A stretch of DNA of 36,054 nt from the IMG/VR virus record IMGVR_UViG_3300025031_000230; one strand, 5' to 3'. Made by a program: the position numbers and the translations under genes. Positions 27,280-34,948 of this stretch are shown here, piece after piece (within the stretch, counting starts at the first letter, position 1; each line of letters opens with the position of its first letter). A model generated the notes under the pieces. It was not told the DNA's origin. It made no database searches and saw nothing but the letters and a program-made list of their open reading frames with translations. Source of the DNA: a virus.

Positions 27280-27801
27280 TCAAATATAAAGTAAATTGTC
27301 ACGAATATGTGCTGTAACTAGTGGACTACAACATTTTTCAACATTAATCCAATCTTTGTTTTTGCAAAAGTCTCTAATTTGTGTGCTGTGTTCTCCTGAA
27401 TCTTTGATAACAATAACACCAAATTCATTATCTATTTTATCATAAGAATAAAACTTTTCCCAAATTTCTTTTTTATAATTATCTTCACCAATAATCAATT
27501 TTGCATCAATTGATTTTTCTTGTTTAATATAAGTAAGCAAATCATAACTGTATGGAATTTGTTGTTTTTCCATATAAAATTTTTTATCTAGTTCAATAAT
27601 GTCAACCGATTTTAAATGCTGAAATAACATGGTAATCATTTTAAGGCGTTGCTCATATTCAATAAACTCCTTGTTAAAGGGATGAATAAAAACGGGAGTA
27701 ACAAAAACACGCTCACAAGATAATAGTGCATCTTCAACAGCCCTAAGGTGCCCAATATGTGGGGGGTTTCCTGTTAGACCGAATAAACCAATATTTCTCA
27801 T
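27280..27801 (-). CDS. nadD: Nicotinate-nucleotide adenylyltransferase
   Basis: GLFGLTGNPPHIGH (HxGH), IIGEDN, HSTQIR; AGGAG RBS before ATG 27801. Confidence 0.88.
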   Translation of the reverse strand: MRNIGLFGLTGNPPHIGHLRAVEDALLSCERVFVTPVFIHPFNKEFIEYEQRLKMITMLFQHLKSVDIIELDKKFYMEKQQIPYSYDLLTYIKQEKSIDAKLIIGEDNYKKEIWEKFYSYDKIDNEFGVIVIKDSGEHSTQIRDFCKNKDWINVEKCCSPLVTAHIRDNLLYI

Positions 27802-27822
27802 AAATCTCCTAATTATTATAAT

Positions 27823-27862
27823 ATTATAACACACTTAGTTTTAATAATCAACTAAGTGTGTT
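27823..27862 (-). promoter_or_regulatory. Sigma70 promoter of nadD-nrtR overlapped by a second copy of the operator
   Basis: TTGATT (27851-27846)-N17-TATAAT (27828-27823); arms AACACACTTAGTT / AACTAAGTGTGTT. Confidence 0.88.
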
Positions 27863-27880
27863 GCTTTTTAACAGATTTAT

Positions 27881-28423
27881 TTGTATTTTTTAAAAATAAT
27901 AAGGATATTAATTATGACTTTTTCTCAATTTACTATGACATATAAATTAATTTTAATTATGTTGAAATTATTTGTTTTATTAATTTTAGGTATTTGGATA
28001 AAAAATAGTTTCAATTATTTTGAAGGAGCAAATATTTTTAGTTACATAAATGATATTTCTAAAATAGAAAAAAACCTAGGCCAAATTTGGTTAATTGTAA
28101 ATCATTGGCTGATAGATACTGCTTGGTTAATGTTGAATGTAATTATAGTTCAAGTATTAAGTTGGGGATTTAAAAGAATTCCTGTAGCATCTAAATTCTT
28201 AGAGTATTGGGATAATTTAGGTGGCATATCATATATATTGGGAAGATATATTACGAATCATCTAAGAAGAAATAATTTAATAAATTTTATGGATATTGTT
28301 TATTTATCTGAAATTAGTAATGCAGAATTAAGCCTAATAACTAAACATAGTAAAAATGAAGTGTTATTTAAATTGTTTTCCAAATATGATAAAAATTTTA
28401 AACAAGATTTGGAAAACAAATAA
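27881..28423 (+). CDS. Hypothetical membrane protein
   Basis: Two hydrophobic stretches; real start probably a downstream ATG. Confidence 0.65.
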   Translation: MYFLKIIRILIMTFSQFTMTYKLILIMLKLFVLLILGIWIKNSFNYFEGANIFSYINDISKIEKNLGQIWLIVNHWLIDTAWLMLNVIIVQVLSWGFKRIPVASKFLEYWDNLGGISYILGRYITNHLRRNNLINFMDIVYLSEISNAELSLITKHSKNEVLFKLFSKYDKNFKQDLENK

Positions 28424-28466
28424 AAGAAGCTATTATTAGAATTCTTCAGTTAAATAATCATAAATT

Positions 28467-29159
28467 TTAATTTTTACCAAGCTTATTTTCTTTTCTAAAT
28501 TCAATAAACTGTTCTGGGGTAAGAGTGTTTTGTCCAACAGAGATAGAGGACACTGAAAGTAGACTTGAGTTCATTTTTTCAAAATCAATAAAAACATTTT
28601 CCATAGCCAATGCTTTTTTAAATCCAAAAGTAACAAAATCTCTAATAAAATTTAGAGTTTCAGATGCATCTGTATCTGAATCTTCACGAAACTTAAGACA
28701 AGCAAGAATGGCTGGAAACCAAATATCTGTAATTTCTTCTGTTTGTAAAATTTTTTTAGTTCCAATATATCCATAATCTTCAAGAAAGTAACCATTAAAC
28801 GTAATATCAAAAGTGCTCCCACCCCTAAAGGATTCTTTTGTTTTATCAATTGTATCGTGATCAAAATAGATTATTTCCTCATTAATTTGAAGCATTAATT
28901 CTTTAGCCGTTTGCTCAAAATACTTTTCTCTATCAATATGAAAAATAAAATTTAATGGCTTTGGGTTCATTTTTGATAATTTTTCTTTAATAATTTTATT
29001 ACTAACATCAAAAGTTAAGTTAGTAATAAAAATAGATGTTTCAGTATCATTATCCACCTCTGTATTATCTCCAATAGATTTAAGATGTTTAGGAAGCTGA
29101 ATAGAAACCAGGTGTTTAAGTTTATGTTGAATTTCTTCAGTAAGTGTTTGGATGTTCAT
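28467..29159 (-). CDS. Hypothetical protein
   Basis: AAGGA RBS; 230 aa. Confidence 0.75.
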   Translation of the reverse strand: MNIQTLTEEIQHKLKHLVSIQLPKHLKSIGDNTEVDNDTETSIFITNLTFDVSNKIIKEKLSKMNPKPLNFIFHIDREKYFEQTAKELMLQINEEIIYFDHDTIDKTKESFRGGSTFDITFNGYFLEDYGYIGTKKILQTEEITDIWFPAILACLKFREDSDTDASETLNFIRDFVTFGFKKALAMENVFIDFEKMNSSLLSVSSISVGQNTLTPEQFIEFRKENKLGKN

Positions 29160-29309
29160 TTAATTCCTTTTTTAAAAATGATTATTTAAATATATATTAT
29201 GTGGGAATGTTAATTAGGTCAAGTAATTAAAGTGGATAAATTCATTTTAATTGATGTTTTATATGATATAATTAATCCTCAGAGAGAAATTAACTTAAGG
29301 GAATGTAAA

Positions 29310-29948
29310 ATGCAAGAACTAATGGGTAATGACAATAGCTATCAAAGCCTTTTTATTGCAGTGCGTTATTGGTTGATTGGAATTTCTCAAAATGACCATC
29401 AGTATATTCCAGCTCTAAAAGCATTGGAATATGCTAAAAATATTCATATTGGTTTAAGAAAAGATGGTAAGACACCAGAATTTCAACATCAAATTGAAAT
29501 TGTTCATTATTTACGAACACTTTACACTGGCCTCATGTATCCTGGAGCTACATTTGCTGCGGCACTTCTTCATGATGTTCCAGAAGACTATGATATTTCT
29601 TTTGAAGAAATTGAAGAATTATTTGGGAAAAAAATTAGTGATGCTGTTAGATTGCTAACAAAAAAGCATCGTGGAGAAAAGAAAGAGATGGAGCTTTATT
29701 TCGAAGAAATGGCACATTGTCCAATTGCAAGTGTAATTAAGGGGGGTGATAGAATTAATAATCACCAAACAATGCATCCTGTTTTTACAAAAGAAAAACA
29801 AATTTCTTACATTACTGAAACAAAAGATTTCATTATCCCAATGTTAAAGAAGGCTAAGCATATTCATGTTGAACAAGAATATATTTATGAAAATATTAAG
29901 TTTATTCTTAAATCACAAATGGTGATGGCAAATCATCGATTAAGCTAA
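29310..29948 (+). CDS. RelA/SpoT-type HD hydrolase (Mesh1/small alarmone hydrolase-like)
   Basis: H...RKDG.TP...H, AALLHDVPED, IKGGDRINN; AAGGGA RBS before ATG 29310. Confidence 0.85.
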   Translation: MQELMGNDNSYQSLFIAVRYWLIGISQNDHQYIPALKALEYAKNIHIGLRKDGKTPEFQHQIEIVHYLRTLYTGLMYPGATFAAALLHDVPEDYDISFEEIEELFGKKISDAVRLLTKKHRGEKKEMELYFEEMAHCPIASVIKGGDRINNHQTMHPVFTKEKQISYITETKDFIIPMLKKAKHIHVEQEYIYENIKFILKSQMVMANHRLS

Positions 29949-30715
29949 TGATAGCTTAGAGATTCAAATAATTTGAGTGGCTTTTCATCTTGCATATATT
30001 GAATTAATCCAACTATTGTTTTCATATGAGGATTGTCTGTGTGCATATAAAGAAGAGCTTCTTTAGGAATTATTTTAATTAAAACCCTAACACCTTTATG
30101 ATGAATTCTTTTTTGACTTAACAAGTGAAATGGGAATCCAATTTTTTTAAAGAGAGCAAGCATTTTTGTTTCACACATAAACAACATGGAATCAAGATTC
30201 TCTGATAAAATCATCGTGGAAGCAAATAGACTTAATAATAAATAGTTGGTTGTTAATGGATTATGATCATTATTTGAAGACTTACTACGAAAATCATTTA
30301 AAATAAGAAGTCTAGATATTTCTGCATAATTGTTAGTTTCAATATTTGATTGAACAGCATTATATTCTTCGGGATGTTCTCTTCGGAAAGAATTTAAACA
30401 TGGAAGTTCAATCGTTTTGTCAATTTGTTGAATCAATCTAACACTAGCAATTGGTTCTTTAGATATTTTTGTAGAAATTAAACAGCCAGCCGAATTAGCA
30501 TCATAAAGGTCAGTTTCACAACGAGAATAATTAGAAGATTCAAATCCTAATTCTTCACAATATACCTGATGTCTTAATTGATAGCTCTTTTTAGCAATGT
30601 CCTCATTAAATTTTAATTGTGAATTAAAAAATTCTACAGTATAATGGTGTTTGAAATACTGTAACGTTAATTGAGGAATATTTGTCTTATTTAATTCTTT
30701 TAATTTTGTATCCAT
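29945..30715 (-). CDS. GNAT-fold acyltransferase of the FeeM / PEP-CTERM-associated / LuxI-like type
   Basis: YQLRHQVYCEELGFE...ETDLYD, ASVRL, LP, AEISRL. Confidence 0.8.
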   Translation of the reverse strand: MDTKLKELNKTNIPQLTLQYFKHHYTVEFFNSQLKFNEDIAKKSYQLRHQVYCEELGFESSNYSRCETDLYDANSAGCLISTKISKEPIASVRLIQQIDKTIELPCLNSFRREHPEEYNAVQSNIETNNYAEISRLLILNDFRSKSSNNDHNPLTTNYLLLSLFASTMILSENLDSMLFMCETKMLALFKKIGFPFHLLSQKRIHHKGVRVLIKIIPKEALLYMHTDNPHMKTIVGLIQYMQDEKPLKLFESLSYH

Positions 30716-30767
30716 TTTATTTTTATTATAATAATATTTTTAACTCCCAATATATAGTATAATGCTT

Positions 30768-30820
30768 GAAAAACTTTAATCAAGTGTCGAAAAACTTTAA
30801 TCAAGTGTCGAAAAACTTTA
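30768..30820. repeat. 21-bp tandem repeat, 2.5 copies
   Basis: GAAAAACTTTAATCAAGTGTC at 30768 and 30789, partial at 30810. Confidence 0.9.
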
Positions 30821-30873
30821 CATATATAAGTAAATCTTGATATTTCTTTATAGTGTTGAACAAAAATAATTAG

Positions 30874-31644
30874 GTGAAAAAAATGAAATTACATATTGTC
30901 TCTGATTTACATATAGAATATTCAAATTACCCACTTCCTGTTCAAGATGCTGATGTGTTAATATTGGCTGGTGATATTGGAAATGGATTAACTGGATTAA
31001 CGTATGCATCTCAATATAAAAAAGATTATAAGCATATAATTTATGTGCCTGGTAATCATGAGTTTTATGGTCATCATCTTTCTAGATTAAGTGTTGAATT
31101 AAAACAATATTCTAAAAGTTTAGGTATTATTATCCTAGATAACGATACTGTGCAAATAGAAGATGTTGTTTTTATTGGGTCTACTCTTTGGACAGATTTT
31201 AGACTTTATGGTGATAAGTTAGAACAAATTGGATTCTATATGAATAAAGCAATGAATGGAATTAATGATTTTTCACAAATAAGGTATGCTCATTGGTGGT
31301 TTCAACCAAGCAATTGTGCATCTTTAAGCATTGTTGCTCAAAGTTATATTAAGAATAAATTAATTGAAAATAAAAATTTAAAAAAGGTTGTAATATCTCA
31401 TCATTCACCAAGTTTAAAAAGTGTGCATGAAAAATATTTAGGAAACCAATTAAATCCAGCTTTTGCGAATGATTTAGATGAATTAATTAATCTGTCAGAT
31501 TTTTGGATTCATGGTCATACTCATGATTCTTTTGATTATTTAATTAATAAATCAAGAGTGATATGTAATCCACGTGGATATTCAAAATATGAATATAAGC
31601 AAGAAAATGAAAGTTTTAATCCTAAGTTTTGTTTAGAAGTTTAA
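30874..31644 (+). CDS. Calcineurin-like metallophosphoesterase
   Basis: SDLH, AGD, PGNHE, SHH, GHTH, NPRGY. Confidence 0.92.
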   Translation: MKKMKLHIVSDLHIEYSNYPLPVQDADVLILAGDIGNGLTGLTYASQYKKDYKHIIYVPGNHEFYGHHLSRLSVELKQYSKSLGIIILDNDTVQIEDVVFIGSTLWTDFRLYGDKLEQIGFYMNKAMNGINDFSQIRYAHWWFQPSNCASLSIVAQSYIKNKLIENKNLKKVVISHHSPSLKSVHEKYLGNQLNPAFANDLDELINLSDFWIHGHTHDSFDYLINKSRVICNPRGYSKYEYKQENESFNPKFCLEV

Positions 31645-31749
31645 AAAATAAACATTAACCTCATTATTTATTAATATAAATATATATAATAGATTGATTA
31701 TTAATTTAATTTCTTTAGTATAGAGTAAGACCAACTAATATGGAAAAAT

Positions 31750-32100
31750 ATGGAAACATCTTTATCAATTATAGAAAATTATGAAATAGTAAATAAAAAA
31801 GAAGCGGAATCTGTTGCAATAACTTATTCTTTAGCAGATTCTAACAAGCTTGTTGACCTAGAATCTGTTTATGTATTTGCTAAAGAAAAAAATAATTCAA
31901 TGTATGATTTAGTTATAACAAATGAGAATGGTAAAGAGTTGATTGTTTTTAAGGATTTAGATAATCAAAACTTACAGGAAATAAGAGATAAAAGAATTTT
32001 AATAGCTGGATTATCTGAAGATACAAACGAAATATCAGAAGTATGTGCAGTTTTACATGTAAGTATAGAAGGGAAAAGAAAAATAAGATTTGGTGGCTAA
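31750..32100 (+). CDS. Hypothetical protein
   Basis: ATG with GGA RBS; ends KRKIRFGG. Confidence 0.7.
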   Translation: METSLSIIENYEIVNKKEAESVAITYSLADSNKLVDLESVYVFAKEKNNSMYDLVITNENGKELIVFKDLDNQNLQEIRDKRILIAGLSEDTNEISEVCAVLHVSIEGKRKIRFGG

Positions 32101-33352
32101 ATTGACGAAAAATAACAAACTATTAGAGGAAGCCAAGAGCTTGGTTTATGGCAGTGAAAGTCATGAAATATCCTATGTTGGGGTTAAGCCTTGGTATTCA
32201 AGAGCCGTATCTAAATTTAAATTTGGAATGGCAACTGGAATGGCAACTGGTTTAATAGCAGGTTTGGCAGGCTTTGGGGCATTTAGTTCGGCAGATTTAG
32301 CTGAATTAAAAGATACTACTCTTTTAAGTAATCTTAGTGTTGGGAAACTAATAGATATTAATGCTGAAAAATTATTAGTAAGTTCTACAAATAATAAATC
32401 TGTTGTTGAAAATAATGGATTTGAGAGTGCATTAAATATTTTAAAAAAAGAACATGTAAATATTAATTTTACAGATATTGAAAATCAAAGAGATGTTTCA
32501 AAAGCTTTTTTAGGTAAAAATAATTTTATTGCTCTTGCTGCTGAAATGGAAGGTTTTCGTGGAGATTTACATAAGGATCCAGCAACTGGACTAAATATTG
32601 GTTTTGGTTACAATATATCGAAAAGAATTGGAAGTTCAACAATTGTTGTGGTGAATGACTTATCTGCTATTGGCTTATCTCATGAAAAAATTCAAAAAAT
32701 TCTTGATATTGCAAAATTACCTCAAAATAAATTAAATTTTGGAATAAAAGAGTTTAATAAAGGATTAGCTTCAGAAGATAAGCAATTAATTACGATTAAA
32801 CAGGGTGTTGCTTTACTAAAAAGAACACAAGCTGAATATAAAGAACAAGCTAGGTTATCGTTTGAAGGGGTGTTTGATAAAATGGGTAAACACCAACAAG
32901 AAGTTTTAACTTATGCTGCTTATAAAGCTGGTTATGATGCTTTATCTCAATATAAAAAAGCTATTCGTATAGCATCTAGTGTTTATGCTAAAAATAAAAA
33001 TCCAGGTATGGCAGAATTAAAAACAATAGCTAAAGAATTAACTTTCTACTATAGGAAAGATGGTAATGAAATGGTTCTAGATGAAAGAGCCAAATTGATT
33101 GCACAAACATTTGTTAATCAAGATTATTTAGGTGTTCAAATTGGTAAGAAAGATGGATTAACAAATTCATTGAAAAATATAAATAAACAGAAAATAGATT
33201 TTTTACATTTAAAAACAAATTTAACTTCTGAATCAAGTAATGCTACAAAGGTTGCAATTGAAATAAAGCAAAAACCTGATATTGGTGATTTTTTAAATAA
33301 ATTAAGAGATACAAATAAAGAGAGTTCAAAGCATAAAATCAAACAAGGTTAA
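32090..33352 (+). CDS. Membrane-anchored lysozyme-like (GH24-like) protein
   Basis: Gly-rich hydrophobic segment at about aa 45-67; EMEGFRGDLHKDPATGLNIGFGYN resembles E-x8-D-x5-T with Asn for Thr. Confidence 0.55.
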   Translation: MVAKLTKNNKLLEEAKSLVYGSESHEISYVGVKPWYSRAVSKFKFGMATGMATGLIAGLAGFGAFSSADLAELKDTTLLSNLSVGKLIDINAEKLLVSSTNNKSVVENNGFESALNILKKEHVNINFTDIENQRDVSKAFLGKNNFIALAAEMEGFRGDLHKDPATGLNIGFGYNISKRIGSSTIVVVNDLSAIGLSHEKIQKILDIAKLPQNKLNFGIKEFNKGLASEDKQLITIKQGVALLKRTQAEYKEQARLSFEGVFDKMGKHQQEVLTYAAYKAGYDALSQYKKAIRIASSVYAKNKNPGMAELKTIAKELTFYYRKDGNEMVLDERAKLIAQTFVNQDYLGVQIGKKDGLTNSLKNINKQKIDFLHLKTNLTSESSNATKVAIEIKQKPDIGDFLNKLRDTNKESSKHKIKQG

Positions 33353-34184
33353 GAAAATTAGTTGGAAAGTTTTCTTTTGACATATAGTCAGCAAATTTAT
33401 TTTTTTGTCTAGGAATCCAGGCAATTTGATAAAATTCAAATAGTTCTAAATTGTTAGAAATTTCTTCCAAAATGTTTTTAAATTCATTTTTTACATTTTG
33501 TGGATTAATTTTATACTTTTTAAGTAACATAATAGACGGATCTGAATCCGTGAATATCTCAAGAGATGATACATTCATATCTTTTGCAAGATAAATAGCC
33601 ATACTAATGGCTTTAAGTTCTGCAATATTATTATCATTGGTAGAGTCTTTTTTTCTAAAGCTAGCAACAACATTGTGGCCAGAGACACCATATCCAGCTA
33701 AATAAGTTTTAGAACTTACTGATGCATCAGTAAAAAAGGAAACATCAGGCTTAATAAATTTATCTGATTTCAAAATGTTTGCACCAATTTTCATATATTG
33801 TGTAATGATATAAGGTGGGTTTAACTTGATAGAAAGAGATTGGTCATGTTCAATTTTTTGAATAGGACTCAATAGAGAAACAAGTTTTTTAATTGTTTGT
33901 TTTTCGTTATAAAATTTTTCAATCATAAATTGAATAAATTTTTCAATATTCAATGTCGCATATTTAAACTTGTTTTCAAAACTTTTACCATAACAAATGT
34001 CTAATATTTTTGTTATTTGCTTAGGGAAACAAGAAAATTTTAAAATAAGAAAATTAGAATTTAAAGCATATTTAATTGCTTCACAAATAGAATCATCAAT
34101 ATGATTGGATGTTATTTGGAAAATAACATTATTATTTTGAATAATGACAACTTCATTGTTGCCATTATATTTTAAATTAATCAA
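33339..34184 (-). CDS. Protein with C-terminal RNase HI-like domain
   Basis: FFTDAS, NNIAELKAI, IFTDS, WIPRQKNKFAD (D-E-D-D). Confidence 0.85.
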   Translation of the reverse strand: MINLKYNGNNEVVIIQNNNVIFQITSNHIDDSICEAIKYALNSNFLILKFSCFPKQITKILDICYGKSFENKFKYATLNIEKFIQFMIEKFYNEKQTIKKLVSLLSPIQKIEHDQSLSIKLNPPYIITQYMKIGANILKSDKFIKPDVSFFTDASVSSKTYLAGYGVSGHNVVASFRKKDSTNDNNIAELKAISMAIYLAKDMNVSSLEIFTDSDPSIMLLKKYKINPQNVKNEFKNILEEISNNLELFEFYQIAWIPRQKNKFADYMSKENFPTNFLNLV

Positions 34185-34825
34185 GAATTAATCTCAAACA
34201 AATTATTTTGAGAAAATTTTGATTTAAGAAAGTAACCATTAGCCTTTAGTGCAGTCATGTCATTTTCATACATACCATAAGAAATTTCTTGAACTTGTTT
34301 TTCCAAAATTTCTAACTGTTCAATTAACATTGTCTTAGCTGTCTTTCCATTAGAGGCTTTAACATCATTTGCATAAGAGGATGGAAATCGCTCATATTGA
34401 TTAATTATTTTTGGAAGATAGGCATCAAAGATTGAAGTTAGATTACGCATGTCTTCATTAAAGCTATAATTTTGATTGTCTTTTTGTAGAAATGTTAGAA
34501 GTTCAATTGCATTTTTAGAAATACTAGAAAAAATAGATTTAGCCTCATTAGGAAGTTTATTAGATTCATTAACTGTCTTTTGCATTTTAGAAACAAATCC
34601 AATGTAATCATTAAGGTTTTCACCTTTAATGTGAAAAAAATTAATTTCTTTTTCTGCTGGAATTGCAATATAACCAAAAATATAACTCATAATTGCAATC
34701 GGAAGCCATAATGTTTTAATGACTCCAACAAAAGCAAGAACAAGAACAAGAACAATTGATGCAAGATCACAACCAATAATATTCTTGTTAGAAAGGAGGA
34801 ATTTTTTTATTTTTAAGATACTCAT
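34181..34825 (-). CDS. Membrane-anchored XpaC-like (5-bromo-4-chloroindolyl phosphate hydrolysis family) protein
   Basis: Two N-terminal TMs; YLP..I..Y..FP..YA...GKTA...L.EQL..L...I....YEND...L.AN..FL..KF. Confidence 0.6.
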   Translation of the reverse strand: MSILKIKKFLLSNKNIIGCDLASIVLVLVLAFVGVIKTLWLPIAIMSYIFGYIAIPAEKEINFFHIKGENLNDYIGFVSKMQKTVNESNKLPNEAKSIFSSISKNAIELLTFLQKDNQNYSFNEDMRNLTSIFDAYLPKIINQYERFPSSYANDVKASNGKTAKTMLIEQLEILEKQVQEISYGMYENDMTALKANGYFLKSKFSQNNLFEINS

Positions 34826-34948
34826 TTGGTTTGTTTAAGTAAGTTTAACATGGTGTTATTATAGCATGGAAAGCATTTATTTTTTGATTTTAAATATAAA
34901 AAAAGAATGAATAAATTAAATATTTAATAGAAAAAGCCCCAATTTTGA

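Noticed and set aside
30768-30820. CRISPR array
   Set aside because: Repeats are head-to-tail with no spacers; no cas genes. No repeat-spacer array was seen anywhere, including beside the TnpB-like gene.
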